Positions 47,401 to 61,379 of a stretch of DNA of 64,000 nt are shown here, one piece after another. The stretch is from Azolla caroliniana (taxonomy: Eukaryota > Plantae > Polypodiophyta). The translations under genes and the position numbers were made by a program. The notes under the pieces are model-generated. The model was not told the origin of the DNA. It was given only the letters and a program-made list of their open reading frames with translations, and did not search any database. The first letter of the stretch is position 1. Every line of letters starts with the position of its first letter. The stretch spans positions 16,864,001 through 16,928,000 of the forward strand of contig JBHGNT010000005.1 in assembly GCA_043228905.1 (NCBI GenBank), written 5' to 3'.

Positions 47401-50400
47401 TTCTACAGAAATAATATAAGATCGTAACGCATGTAACGGTTCACGCAGGAAGCGTGAACAGCTAAATAGACCCTGCGTATATAAAGGGCAAAAAACCTCG
47501 GATAGAGGGAGCGTGTATTTTTGGAATGTAAAGAAGCGTATCATAATAGAATTCGATCTTCTCTGAAAGTCTGTGTATAGCTACGGCTAATTTACTGTGT
47601 GTCTGGAATATTTGAGCGTGTAAGAACGTAAGTGTAACCATTGCTAAGGAGTCGGTTGTAGCCGTCTCCCTTATACATTGATAGGTTACAGGGAGCATTC
47701 CCCTACGCATTACGCAGAGACGCCCCATTCGTTGTTCCACAATCACTTAGAGGTCTATAGGTCGAAGGACTGACCGAAGACCATGTTCCTAATCGGTAAC
47801 ACTTTTGGAACACTTGGTGATCTGTGTCTTCTCATAGACGAGCAACGATGAATGGTTGTTTAGCCACAGACGCCCCAGAGAACCAACACGACAAGACCGG
47901 CCAATCACACGGTTCGTCACACGCCAAGCAGAGGAACGCGCGCGGCAGAAGCCTCGCCTCAGCGACCTCAATACTACCTGCCATGATTACAAAGGTGATT
48001 CTTCACTCTCCAAACACCTTGATGATACACAGGGACCACGCTCAGCACAGCCACCCTATGGTCTTTCCCGATCCGCCATAGCCCCCAGCATGGCCTTTGC
48101 CTATCCCCGCTTTAATGGCGAAACCGACACCGCAACCCCTATTCGCATGTTCCTTAATGTTTGGAATGCGAGCCACATGGCGCAGAGCTTTTCGGAGGCG
48201 GTAGCGCACCAGTCAAAAATGACGGAGTTCGGGTTAACATTGGATGGGCGAGCGGCGTTTTGGCATTCACAAATGGACTTACCAGCAATCACAACCTTCA
48301 ATCAACTGAAGCCCGCTTTCTTGCGGTTCTTCCATCGGAAGGTTCCACAACACGAAATCCTCGGACAGTTCTACACGATTGAGCAACTGCCGACCGAAAC
48401 AATCGCAGACTTCAGATTACGTTTCCAAAATTTACGGCAAAAACTAGAACGGAGCCCCACGGAGGACGAGGCTCGAGAGAAATTTTTGGCAGCATTACGC
48501 CTACCCATCCGGGCAACGCTCAATAACAATAGCGTGAAAGGGGAAATGGCGGATATGTTCATTGAACAAGCGTTACAGCTCGAGTTGGACGACGACGAGG
48601 AAAGGTTTTCTATGTCCTCCTTACGACAAGCGTTACCCCAGGACGAGGAACGCCAATTTCATCAAGCAATCCAGTGCATGATTTGCTTGAACTCGGGGCA
48701 TTCCGCAGTGGAGTGCAACATGCTAATCCACTGCCCAATCTGCCACTCAAAGGCTCACACAGTCGAACAATGCGAATACAATATGTTGAACAGAGCCGCT
48801 CCCACAATCCGCAGCATGGACACACAGCGTCCCCCACACCGTACTGAACAAAGGCGGCAAGAAGACCGACCACAGTATATGGATCGCAACCCACGGGACG
48901 ACCGGCACCACCGGAATTGCCGAAATCACAACGATTCCGAAGAAGACGAACCAGACGATGAGGATTATCGTGGACATCCGAGTTATGCTAAAGGGGACCG
49001 GCGCTATGAGAATTACCGGCCGACAAACAAACGTGGCGGCTTCAATGGTTATCGTGGGAAGCCGCGGTAACATCGAGATCACCGGCGGTACGACGAAAGC
49101 TCGGGAGATGAGCAACACCAAGAACCACGACGGGACCAACAGCAACCACCACGTGCGTTCCGACAAACAAGGCCAGACCGGGAGGAGCAAGTCACACCAG
49201 GGGATCGGCACACACCACCAGGAGCCAAGAAGGGTGAATCAAGCATCCATTGTTTTATATGTCAACATCCCGGACATTATGCCACGCAATGCCCAGCACG
49301 CAAGGGCAAGGGGCTCGCCGTCAACACGATTATGGTGGAAGTACAGCAAGTCACGACACGCCAGCAAACAAAAACGGTTGATTGGGCTGCGCAAGATGAG
49401 ATACGACGACAAGCCCAGGCATGGGTGGAAAAAGCAAACACGACCAATACAGAGCGCATGCGGAAGGAGTCCGTGAATACGAGGGAACAAGCAGGGGACG
49501 AAGGACCGGTCCTGGACCCCATTTGGCAAGCATTAGTGGGCTACGAGATAATGTTAACAATGGAGAAGCTGCTGCAGCTAGTCCCACGCTTCCGCCAGAC
49601 CATGGAAGAACGGGTGACAGGCATACCCGGGGTTAGCGTCGCTACAAACTTTACAGACATTAGCGACGCCCCGCCTGTAGTGGATCACCACAACCCGGCT
49701 ATTACATTAATATTACACGGACAGGAAATTTCTAGATGCGTAATCGATGGCGGCTCAGGCGTTAATGTAATTAGCGCGAAAACTTGTGAGCAGTTAGGCA
49801 TTTCAGAATGGGAGGCTTGCCCATTCTGGTTCCGAATGGCAGATACCCGCTCAGTACGACCATTGGGCTTAATTCGCAAGATAGGCATTCCCACGGATCA
49901 TTCCGTTGTTCGAAATCGACGTCATCGGAACCGCGGCAGAATATGCCACGGCCACTATTCTCCACGACGAGGCTTACGAACCAAACCCAGAGTCCTTATT
50001 GGAACTCAGCAGAGCACAGGCGGCATTCGAAAGGGAAATGGAAAATTCACGACGAGTCACCGCCTCCGCCCTAGATGAAGTAAATGTGGGTACGGAGTCG
50101 GAACCCTGTTTCCTCTCCATCGCAAAGGAATTAAGGCCGGACCAGAGAAACATGATGATCGCACTACTCACGAAATATAAAGATGTGTTCGCTTGAGCTC
50201 ACGAGGACATGAAGGGGTTAGATCCCAAGTTCTATCAGCATAAGATCAATTTAGCAACCGACGCAAAACCTGTCCAGCAGCGTCGCTACCGCATGAACCC
50301 AAACTACGCAACCCGCGTAAAAGAAGAAATTGACAAACTCCTGAAGGCGGGGTTCATACGGCCAGTTAAACAAGCCACCTGGTTAAGCCCGATAGTGGTC

Positions 50401-50485
50401 GTTCCAAAGAAAAATGGCAAAATACGGGTATGTGTGGATTACCGAAAATTAAACGTTGTAATCATTACGGACGCATTCCCTTTAG
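44422..50485 (+). mobile_element. Truncated Ty3/gypsy element K (LTR-like region interrupted by J; gag, protease, RT start)
   Basis: Gag 47856-49070 with CMICLNSGHSAVEC and CPICHSKAHTVEQC, protease VIDGGSGVNV (49332-50078), RT 50209-50485 (WLSPIVVVPKKNGKIRVCVDYRKLN..DAFPL). It then abuts E gag. The boundaries are approximate. Confidence 0.75.
44457..47407 (+). mobile_element. Internally deleted Ty1/copia element J (family of H)
   Basis: LTRs 44457-44837 and 47019-47407, TSD GAAAT, PBS at 44838. Gag is fused directly to RT in ORF 44931-46172; protease and integrase are absent. Confidence 0.92.
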
Positions 50486-50489
50486 ACAG

Positions 50490-51300
50490 ATATCGTACTG
50501 GACGTCGCTGGAACCGGATTACGAATTGTTGAATGGTTTCCGTAGGTTCATGCCGTATGGTGTAGAATTGGCCGATCATCTCCCGTTGATCCACCTCCTT
50601 GTTGAAGAATTGTAAAAATCTGGTTTTTAAGTCCTCAAACGTCTTGATGGTGCCGAGAGTGTGCGCCAAGCGCCATCCCGCAGCTGGTCCTTCCAAGGTC
50701 ATGCCGAATTCTGCAATCTTCAAGCATTCTGCTTTGGCGGCAGTTAAGCGTTGCGACACATGGTTTGCTTCCCATGTTTGCAGAAATGCATAGACATGAG
50801 CTTCTGCGTCTGGATCATCCTGGTACTTGGGATATTGGAACGACATGTCGTCGTCCGGTGTTGGAGGTCTCCCCTCCTCTTCTTTCAGTGTTGGAGGTCT
50901 TTCCTCCTCTTCTATCAATGTATCACGTGGCGGTGTCGGAAGTTGATCTGCCACTTGCCGGTCTGGGGCTTCCAGTTCCGTTAACTTTGGTTCTAGTGTC
51001 GGCAAGGTATCCGACTACTCATCCTCCGGTCCGTCTAGGGTATTGTGGTTGCTACGGTAATTCGAATGGGCGCTACATTCGCCGTCTGAATCCGATTCGA
51101 AGGCCGAGAACGGTTCCGAATCTCCTCCCCCTGTCGCTAGTGCCTGCAAAATGGATTCCGCATCCCGGAGACTGCTCAAGTTGCTTCCTTCGTCCAGTTG
51201 GGAATTCTGTTGCCCGCGGAGTGACTCCGTGGCCACTCGCCGGATTACTTTGGAAAATGAACGATCCGCACGGATCTCTTCTGCCGCCTGTTGGAAAGCC
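50490..51300 (-). pseudogene. Element E gag, N-terminal part
   Basis: ORF 50439-51005 (FQYPKY..KIAEFGMTLEGPAAGW..QFYTIRHEPTETI) is homologous to K gag. Confidence 0.8.
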
Positions 51301-51924
51301 TCTCACTTTCACAATCGTTCGGCAAGTCTTCTTGCTCGCTCCATAACCGAGTCGTTTGTTGGTCTAGTCATCCATGCCCGCCGTTGTTCGTTGCGTTTGT
51401 GCAGGAATCGTGGTCGCCAAAAACTATGTTATCGCTAGGGCCGGACAATGGCCTAACACAGGGTGTCCCTTTGAGACACCTCACCAAAGGGGTGTTGAGG
51501 TGAGATAAAGTTAGACCGATTATTAATGAAACCCTAATTGGTTACTAAGCAGCAAGATCATTAGTCATAATACACGCGTAGGATAAATTACACTTAGCAC
51601 AAAACGGTAATTAACAATGATTAAGTTACAGAACAACAGCACTCTATTAATTATCCGCTAATGATTACAATCTAATCAGGCCCTTTTATAGGTCTCCGGC
51701 TTTAGGTACAAACCGGTGCCAATCGGCAACCGACTACGAGCCAGTCCAGATCCGGATCGGCATACCAATTCCGGGTCTGTCCGTTCGCTTCTCAAAATCA
51801 TAATAATTCTATATTATAACTAATCAGCTCCCGGTTATTAATTATCCCCCTTTTCCCATTCTGAACTTCCCTTGTCGGCCGGCTAACAATCCATTTGTAT
51901 CATGTTGAGCTTGTCCGCTCAACA

Positions 51925-53634
51925 GTTTTGGGCTTGCACGTGCACCTCTCCTTTTACAAAGGCGTTCAAATTTTCATGTCTTGTGTGTAAGTCTTCCTCT
52001 AGTGTGTCCGTATGTCTTGTGACTAGGGAGACTTTCGGGCGTCCCCATGCACCTCTCCTTTGCTCAAAACGTTCGAACATATGTGCCATGTGAGTATGCC
52101 CTAATTCTCTCTGGTCGAGAACCCTGGCAGTTCCACCTCACGATTTGCACTCACTGGCGGATTTTTGCGACAACGCTCCATGCGACAAGGATGCCCGCTT
52201 GCTCCTTCCCTATTTCTAGTATATGCAAAAGCACTCTCTAGATTTTTCAACTCACATCATCTAAACGTACGTGGTCTTCTTGTGACGCACTCTCACCAAT
52301 GCCTCTTGGATATAGAATTTGCGTATGATAACACAATCTACATGAAAGGGGACGTGGAGAATCTAAAGCAGCTAGAAAGTGGAGTATCCTTGTTTTGTGA
52401 GACATCAAATGGCATGATCAATTGGCATAAATCTTGTGCAATATGACACTCTGATGAATCACATCCAACATGGCTCCCAGATCCCAGTTTCACGTGGATA
52501 AACTAGGGAGTGAGAATTGGGTATTTGGGCTTCCAAATTGGTTTCAACATTCCTCTTGATATGATGATTGTACCAGTTATTCACTCCAATGAGCTAGAAA
52601 GTGGAGTATCCTTGTTTTGTGAGAGATCAAATGCCATGATCAATTGGCATAAAACTTGTGCAATATGACTCTCTGATGAGTCGCATCTAGCCCGGCTCCT
52701 GCATCCCAGTTACACGTGGATCAACTAGGGAGTGAGAATTGGGTATTTGGGCTTCCAAATTGGTTACAACATTCCTCCATTCAACAAAAGTTGATACATT
52801 GGAGCTTGAAAAATCTCTCACCGGTAGGATGCATTATAATGATGAATCATGTATTACTTGAAACAACATGGTACAATCTATGAACAAAAGTTATCATGCA
52901 GAAGCATTGCAGCAACTCCAGCAAAGATTATAGAATGTTGGACGCAGTTTCTATCACTACCACTACAAGATCAAGCCAACATAGTCCATGGCATTAGGGG
53001 TGGATGAACTATGAGATCTAAAATTGTGAATGCTCAATTGCTTAGGGAAGCGGCTAGTCCAAGGATGGTGATGGAAAAGTGGATATGGAATGAGGATGAG
53101 GGTTCTTTGATTACAAGAGGTAGGAAAATTGCAAGACAATGACGAACCAACGACATGAAACATGGCAATTCGAGTGCTCGCATATACAGGTTCCAAGTGG
53201 ATCGTAGATCGCGATCCGATCAAAGTACAACTAGGATGGCACATATGTGCTCATGAAAACACATGACTACATAAGGTCAGTTGGGACCCATTGCAATGGA
53301 CACGGCATGACCCTTATGCCGGTCAAGGAAGCAAAGTCATTCCCTTCTTCCAATTCATGATTAGATTGGGTCGCCATGTCCTAACTGCTCTAAATGATAG
53401 AGAACCAATTGTTGTAAAGATATGTTCCCCATGCAACTATTGTGAACTTTTGGCAGGAATTAGGAAACATCAACATTCTTGGTGAATTACCACATTTCAA
53501 TGGCGATTAATACATAGGCCAACTCCCATCAATGCCAAAGCTCAAGTCGTGTTGGAATTGGTCAACCCAATAACAATATGGAATTTTTGGAAACAACGTT
53601 TTAGGCAGGTCTTCTCCAATCAAACCATGCACCG
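51925..53634 (+). mobile_element. Degraded LINE (non-LTR) RT fragment, continued at 58933-59190 after copia L
   Basis: SMRQGCPLAPSLF..EFAYDN (QG.PL / FADD motifs) at 52165-52446. Internal ~190-bp duplication at 52371/52593 and a Cys-rich remnant near 53430. Confidence 0.7.
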
Positions 53635-56600
53635 TGTTGGGAATCGACCCTTCGATTCAACCTTCACCACTCGGCCACAACCGAGGAAGCGCGAATCAAT
53701 GCAGCAGAAAATCGGAAACACAGAGAAAGACACGAATACACAGGGATTAACGTGGAAAACCCTAGATGGGAAAAACCACGGGAGTGCAAGACTCCAACTA
53801 TCACTATATGCTGGGAAATATACAATGGCGAGCTGCAAGGCGACAACCTTGAGCTCGCTATCCTCGCCACAGGCGGCGGTATTACACAGAGGCGTCGACC
53901 TCTTCCTTCTCTCTCTCGCGGCTGCTCTCACTTCGCTCCCTCTAGAGTGGAAAACAGAAAAATGAGCAACAACATTAAAACTGTTTGCCCTAAGTCATAT
54001 TTATACACATATGACTTTCGGGCTATTTACAACTATAGCCTCAAGGGCCCTTGGCAAACATATTCACAAATATGTCCCCGCATCCGGATCTCTCTCCGGG
54101 TACATTCGTCATCCGGCTCCGAAGCCGGGATCTTCATCATCCGGTTCCGAAACCGCAACCGGGCTTGTCGTCATTCATCTCCGACATCCGACCATCCCAT
54201 CCGAAGGGACCGAAATCCCAACAAACTCCCCCTTCACTTCGGCATGGGATGTCTCTCCAATCCGATCCTCTTCCGGCATGCTTCCAGCTTGTCGGGTGTG
54301 AGCACCTTGGTCAGCATATCCGACCCGTTCTCGTCCGTGTGGACCTTCGTCAGCACGAACTCCTTGTCTTCTATCCTTTCCCGGATCCAGTGATATCTTC
54401 GTTGGATGTGCTTCGTCCGGGAGTGATAGGCTGCGTTCTTCGCAAGGTGGATGGCACTCTGACTGTCGCAGTAGAGTCGGTACTCCTCCTGCTGGATACC
54501 GAGCTCTCTAATGAAGTCCTTCATCCATATTATTTCCTTGCCAGCTTCAACAGCCGCCATGTACTCCGCCTCCGTGGTTGACAACGCAACCGTCTTCTGC
54601 AGCCTCGACTGCCATGAAACAGCTCCCCCTGCATACGTCATCACATACCCTGATGTGGACCGGCTGGTATCTGCATCAGCCGACATATCCGAATCGGTAA
54701 AGCCGTCGAGTTCGGGCTTACCGGAGCCGAATCGGAGGCACACGTTTGCCGTGCCCTTCAGGTATCGGAGTATCCACTTGGCCGCGTTCCAATGCTCTTT
54801 GCCGGGATTGCTCATGTACCGGCTCACCACTCCGACTGCGTATCCAATGTCCGGTCTTGTACACACCCTTGCGTACATCAAGCTTCCGACGGCAGAGGCA
54901 TATGGCACTTTCATCATGTCCTCCTTCTCAGCCTTTGTCTTGGGGCTTTGCTTGCTGGACAGCTTGCAGTTTGCCGGGAGGGTCAATCCGACCGGTCTTG
55001 CTTCCGACATGTTGAACCGTTTAAGCACCTTTGTCACATACTTCTCCTGTGACAGCCACAACTGCTTCTTGCTCCGGTCCCGGATGATGTGCATCCCTAG
55101 TATTTGTCTCGCCGGACCCAAGTCCTTCATTGAGAAGGTTCGGTGAAGAGCCTTCTTCAGCATCCGTATCTTGACCTGGTCCCGTCCGACGATCAACATG
55201 TCGTCCACGTATAGGAGGAGTATTAGAAAGTCTCCTCCTTCGAACTTCTTCACAAACACGCAGTGGTCGGACTGCGTTTTGAGGTACCCTTCGTCGGTCA
55301 TGAAAGAGTCGAACTTCCGGTACCATTGCCGGGGAGCCTGCTTCAGTCCGTAAAGGCTCTTCTTCAACCGGCATACCAGGTGCTCCTTCCCTTTCTTCTC
55401 GAATCCTTCCGGTTGCTGCATGTAGATCTCTTCTTCGAGGTCACCGTGAAGGAATGTCGTCTTCACGTCCATCTGTTCTACCTCGAGGTCCATTCTTGCC
55501 GCTATGCTCAGCACCGTCCGGATGGAGGTCATCTTCACTACCGGGGCAAATATCTCGTCGAAGTCGACGCCCTTCTTCTGCTGAAACCCCTTCACCACGA
55601 TCCTGGCTTTGTATCTCGGGGGGTTTCCGGCATCTCCCGGTTTCAGCTTGAACACCCACTTGTTTCGAAGTGCCCGCTTTCCTTTCGGCAACTCCACAAG
55701 TTCATATGTGTGGTTCTCATGCAGGGAATCCATCTCGTCCTGCATGGCACTCAACCACCTGCGGCTCTGGGTGTCATGCTTTGCTTCTTCAAAGCTCTCC
55801 GGCTCCCCCTCGTCGGTTAGCAGCACGTGCTCTGGTTCCGGAAATCTCCGGGGGGCCCTTCTCTCTCTTAGAGGATATCTCCGTTCCGGAGCTTCGGTAA
55901 CCGGCTCCTCCGTTTCCTCTTCATCCGAATCCATTTCGGGATCGGGGCCGGTTCCGGTATCAGTTTCATCTTCCTCGGCCGGTTCTGTTTCTTCACCGTC
56001 TTCGGCCGGATCCTCGAGTGCTAACCGGTCCCTTGCCGGTCGGGACTTCTCCTCGTAGAGTTGATCCTCACCGGTCGACTTGGAGCTCTTCATCTTCTTC
56101 TCCGACTCCCAGTCGGCGAGTGTCTTGTTCTCCATGAAGATGATATCTCGACTCCGGAATATCTTCTTGTCGACCGGGTCCCATACTCGGTAGCCGAACT
56201 CGTCATCGCCGTAACCGAGGAATATGCATGGCCGGGTCTTTGGATCTAGCTTTCCTCTCCGGTCCTTAGCCACATGCACATATGCGAGACACCCGAACAC
56301 CTTCAGATGCCGGTAGGATACTTCCCTACCGGTCCACACTCTCTACGGCGTGTCTCCGTCCAAAGGTACTGAGGGTGATCTGTTTATCACGTATGTCGCC
56401 GTCGACATTGCCTCAGCCCAAAACCCCTTGGGTAATTTCGCATGCGCCAGCATACTCCGGACCCTCTCCATTATGGTCCAGTTCATCCTCTCGGCCAGCC
56501 CGTTCAGTTCCGGCGTCTTCGGCACAGTAAACTCGAGCCGGATTCCCTTCGAGCGACAGTACTCCTTGAACTGCCCCCGGTATTCCCCTCCGTTATCCGC

Positions 56601-58927
56601 TCGTATCGCTTTTAGCTTCTTGCCGGATTCCCTTTCCACTCTCGTGTGGAGTTCTTTGAAGACGCACAACACTTGGTCCTTTGTCTTCAGTGGTGCCGTC
56701 CACAGTTTTCGGCTATGATCATCTATGAATGTTACGAAGTACTGGGCTCCGCCATGTGACTTCGTTTCTACCTGACACACATCAGTGTGCACCAACTCCA
56801 ATGGTGCGCTACGTCTCGTCGGTGGCCTTGAGTGGAAGGAGGTTCGGTTCTGCTTACCGGCCAGGCAATCGGTGCACTTCTCCAGGTGCACATGCTTCAC
56901 TGGAATAAGGTTGTCTTCTGCAAGCCTCTTCATCCCCTTCTCACTCATGTGGCACAGTCTCTTGTGCCACAGCTCACCGGCAGTGTCGGCTGCCACGTTC
57001 AACTCTTCCGGACACAACCAGGCATTCATAAGGTACAGTGTGTTGACTTTCCGGGCCCGAGCCACTATCAGGCTCCCCTTGCTGAACTTCATTACGCCGT
57101 TCCGGATGCTACCTGTGTAGCCTTCATCGTCTAGCCTTCCGGCCGAAATCAGGTTCAATCGAACCTCCGGAACGTGTCTGACATCCTTCAGCAGCATTTT
57201 GCATTCGGTCGAGGTTGTCAACCACACGTCTCCTACGCCGGCAATCCGGCACGTACCTTCATTTCCCATCCGAACACAGCCATGCTCACCGGCTGTGTAG
57301 GATGAGAAGTATCTTCTTTCCGGGGTCAGGTGGAACGACGCTCCGGAATCGACCACCCAGGTAGTCTCATCGCCGGCAATGTTTAGTTCACCTTCTTCGG
57401 TGATGAGCATGATCTCCTCTTCACTTGCCGCGAGTGCCGTCGTTCCTTTCCGGTCCTGCCCTCGCCGATCCGAACCATTCCGGTCCGTGGCTCCCCGGTA
57501 AGCACCGTTCCGTTCCGAAGACTTCTTCGAATCGGTGTCGTCGGCTCCGTTGTCTTTTCGGTAATGCCGACAATTCTTTCGGAAGTGCCCCGGCTTCCCA
57601 CAGTGGAAGCATGTGGGCCTTCCTCTTGACTGCGACCGGGTCCCCGACTTCTCCCGTCTTTGCGGACTCCGGTTCCGTTGTCTTCCCCGATCCGATTCGG
57701 TAAACAACATCTTCGGATCGGAGGCCGGTTCTTTATCTCTCCGACGCACTTCTTTGTTCAAAATACTTGTCTTTACCATTTGTAGGGACAAGTTATCTTC
57801 GGTGCAGGAGGTGCTGAGAGTCACCACCAAGTTCTCCCAGCTTTCCGGCAATGTACACATCAGGATGATGGCTTGCATTGCATCCTCCAGCGGGAACTTG
57901 ATCGCCGCAAGCTGGTTCACGAATCCCATGAACGTGCTTACGTGTTCCACCATACTCTCGCCGTCCCGGTACTTGAGGTTCACTATCTTCCTCATCAGGG
58001 AGGTCCGGTTCAACGCATTCTTCCTCTCGTAGAGGCCCGACAGCTTCCGCCACATCTCATATGCGTTGGTGTCGTTCGCCACATGTTGTAGAACGCTCAC
58101 GTCGACGTATTGCCGAATGGTTGCAACGGCTTTCCGGTTCAGCAGCCTCCATTCCGTCTCAAGTACCCCCTTGGGTATTTCCGACCTGTCGATCGGTTCA
58201 TACAGGTCCCGAACAATCAGCAGATCCTCCATCTTTATCTTCCAGTCGGCGTAGTTCTGCGCATTCAGCACCATCATCCCCGGCTGCCCGCTGCTGCCGC
58301 CTTCCATTTTCTGCACTGCAGTCGCTCTGATACCAGTTTGTTGGGAATCGACCCTTCGATTCAACCTTCACCACTCGGCCACAACCGAGGAAGCGCGAAT
58401 CAATGCAGCAGAAAATCGGAAACACAGAGAAAGACACGAATACACAGGGATTAACGTGGAAAACCCTAGACGGGAAAAACCACGGGAGTGCAAGACTCCA
58501 ACTATCACTATACGCTGGGAAATATACAATGGCGAGCTGCAAGGCGACAACCTTGAGCTCGCTATCCTCGCCACAGGCGGCGGTATTACACAGAGGCGTC
58601 GACCTCTTCCTTCTCTCTCTCGCGGCTGCTCTCACTTCGCTCCCTCTAGAGTGGAAAACAGAAAAATGAGCAACAACATTAAAACTGTTTGCCCTAAGTC
58701 ATATTTATACACATATGACTTTCGGGCTATTTACAACTATAGCCTCAAGGGCCCTTGGCAAACATATTCACAAATATGTCCCCGCATCCGGATCTCTCTC
58801 CGGGTACATTCGTCATCCGGCTCCGAAGCCGGGATCTTCATCATCCGGTTCCGAAACCGCAACCGGGCTTGTCGTCATTCATCTCCGACATCCGACCATC
58901 CCATCCGAAGGGACCGAAATCCCAACA
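53635..58927 (-). mobile_element. Young full-length Ty1/copia element L (Tnt1/Tork-like)
   Basis: 589-bp LTRs 53635-54223 and 58339-58927 (two C/T differences noticed). TSD CACCG, PBS TGGTATCAGAGC at 58324-58335, PPT at 54224-54233. Confidence 0.97.
54234..58307 (-). pseudogene. Copia gag-pol with a single in-frame TAG at 56343-56345
   Basis: CFHCGKPGHFRKNC, WVVDSGAS, WHKRLCH..CTDC, RADNGGEY, YKARIVVKG, LYVDDM, FTDSD. The two ORFs are in the same frame. Confidence 0.93.
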
Positions 58928-58932
58928 CACCG

Positions 58933-59190
58933 GGCAATGATATTGTAGGCAATGTAGAGTGAAGTTGTAGCCATGTCAAAGAGCCAATACGGTGTCATCA
59001 CAGGTGGATCCGATGGAGCCAAAAGACAACGATTAGCCTTCATCCAACAATGGTCATTCTCTCCCTTTCTTGAGTCAATGGACCTCCACATAAGATGGAC
59101 CTATCGAGTCCCTTATGGGATTTGTATATAACATTCTCAACTGTAAAATCTTATAACTAATGGAAGGAGTTTTGTTTTTTGGAAAAATAA
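58933..59190 (+). repeat. LINE 3' end remnant
   Basis: Similar, in inverted orientation, to 60710-61015 and followed by an A-rich run. Confidence 0.5.
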
Positions 59191-60709
59191 AATTATTTCT
59201 TAGACCACTATATATCAATATTTGATTGAAGTATAAGTGCAAAAACTTGATGATGTAGTGATGAAGCTTTTCTTGAAATTAACCCCTTATGGTTTGTGCA
59301 AGTCTTGAGCAACGAGTTTGATTTCATTCTTACTATAAAAATAGACTTGATTTCATATTATAGACTAACAAGTTGTTCCTTAACGAGTGGCTTACAAATT
59401 CACCTCCTACATGTTGAAGTCAATGTCATTGCCTTATAAATGATATGGAGAATCTTACTTCAAGGATTTCATATTTCAGATCATAAAGTAAAATTTGCTC
59501 CTAGAACCATGGCTTTACAAGTTCACAAATCAAAGAGAAAAAAACAATAACACTTCCTTATCAAACGAAATGCTAATAACATTGTGTGAACTTTGCAATT
59601 CAAAGTTATAAAGGTGTTTCGGGAACCTTACTACAAAGTATTAAACAACAATACCTAAACCAATTATAGATATTACACTCTTTATAGTTGCAAGCACACT
59701 CGTAGTGGATTGGAATATTAATTTGGTCATGCATAAATTAGATATCGAAAATGTGCAATCCGAGGGTCCTTTTAAGAATCTTTGGAAATTGTGAATGCAA
59801 TCTCTTTTATGGGGTCACATAAACTATGGCATTTAATAAAATTCTTATCTAACAAAAGTTAGAGAGTGGCAAAAGAACTGGGGTAGATGTTGGTAAAAAT
59901 ATCATAGAATAAATATACCACAAATTTGGTGCATATAAAATTTAACATCTCATTTCATTAAAAAATTTAAAGGTATTATGTATCATGCATATAATAGTCG
60001 ATTCTCCATGTGCCTAACATTTGTAATAGATCTCAATCACTAGGTTTGATTGATTTTTCTCGTAATAAAATAGTAAAGGATAGGTAGTCATCAAAGGTCT
60101 ATGCATCGAGGGATGAGAAGGAACAAAAGAAACCTACATCTATGTCTCTTGAATCAACGAGCTTTAAATATTCTTTCTTTTTCTTTCGTTTTCTTATCCA
60201 CCCTTGCAAGTCAACAAAATGAGTTGAGGGTCAAGGAGCGATCAAGCACTCATCTACGAAAATGAAAAGACTTTATTTAACTAAGTAAAATAGTTTAAGC
60301 ACCTCGTGCAAAGGAAAAGATGCAAGTAGTAAGTGAATTTGAACACTCTAGAATGTCCACAAAGTGATTTAATCTTTAGTTTTGTAGGCCATGTGTTAGG
60401 ATTTCAAGTCTCTCCCATGTCACCATCTATATTGATAGCCATGAATCCCATGAAGCAAAAAACAAGTAGTGATAAGCTCATTAGAATATAGACATACAGT
60501 ATATTCATAGTTTTTTAAACAAGTTGGGAAGTTCTAGAATAAATTCAAGCATGTAATATTAATGTTCTATGTAGATTTACAATCAAGCATTGATTTCACA
60601 ACACTTCACTTGGTCTGCTATAACTATAATGTTCTAATAACACAATGGTAAGTCATTAGTTTATAATAACACAAAGGAGCTATTAATTTCTAGAGTTTGA
60701 AACACTTCT

Positions 60710-61015
60710 TCTTTTTTTCTTTTTTTCAAAAAAAAACTCCTTCCATTAGTTATAAAATTTTACAAATGAGATTATTATGTACAAATCCTTGTAGGGACGC
60801 GATAGTCCCATCTTATGTGGATGCCCACTGACTCAAGAAAGGGAGAGGACGACCATTGTTGGATGAAGGCTATTCATTGTCTTTCAACTCCATCAAAGTC
60901 GCCCTTGAGGCCATCATATTGGCTCTTTAGAGTGGCTACAATTTCACTCCATATCTCTTGCAGTAACATTGTTGGATGCGCGGTTTGGTTGGAAACACTT
61001 CTATTTTTTTCTTGA
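60710..61015 (-). repeat. Second, inverted copy of the LINE 3' end
   Basis: The translations DSRKGENDHCWMKA and DSRKGEDDHCWMKA match on opposite strands, and both copies share TAACTAATGGAAGGAG next to T/A tails. Confidence 0.55.
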
Positions 61016-61379
61016 AAGATTTTCTTCAATAATATTAAAAACGTTTAAAGGCTACAAGTTAAAGTTATTTGCCCTCTAGAGGCTTACAACGTAGAATAAA
61101 AGACATTGTATGTACACCAAAACCTGTACATACAAAAACCACTTATAAAGGAGTGTTGACACTTGATATAGTACTTTACCATGATTTACTAATATTCAAG
61201 AAAGGGTCCATGGAAGTTGATAGTTCCATTAAGGCCCTTGATCTAACACTACAAAGGGGGCAACTTCCTCCATAAGTGAAGAACCTTTGTCCTTCTCTTG
61301 TGAACATTTTTTGGAGAACCATACATATTATCATATTGCCCATGGATTACTATCTGCAATGTCTCCCATATCTCAAGTA

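Larger units (their letters stand above)
19385..51888 (-). mobile_element. Ty3/gypsy element E (same group as G), hosting D, C, F, K, J and the DNA transposon
   Basis: 462-bp LTR pair 19385-19846 and 51427-51888. TSD ATCCA (19380-19384 / 51889-51893). PBS TGGCGACCACG at 51409-51419 (-). Gag about 50490-51300, integrase 43579-44268 and extra ORF about 20300-22819, all on the - strand. Confidence 0.9.

Noticed and set aside
54011-58454. Numerous + strand ORFs overlapping copia L (and similar antisense ORFs over other pol genes)
   Set aside because: They are shadow frames of GC-rich coding sequence on the opposite strand.
58933-61015. Inverted repeat pair as TIRs of a DNA transposon
   Set aside because: The copies are diverged, have A/T tails and no TSD. 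They are better explained as two LINE 3' ends.
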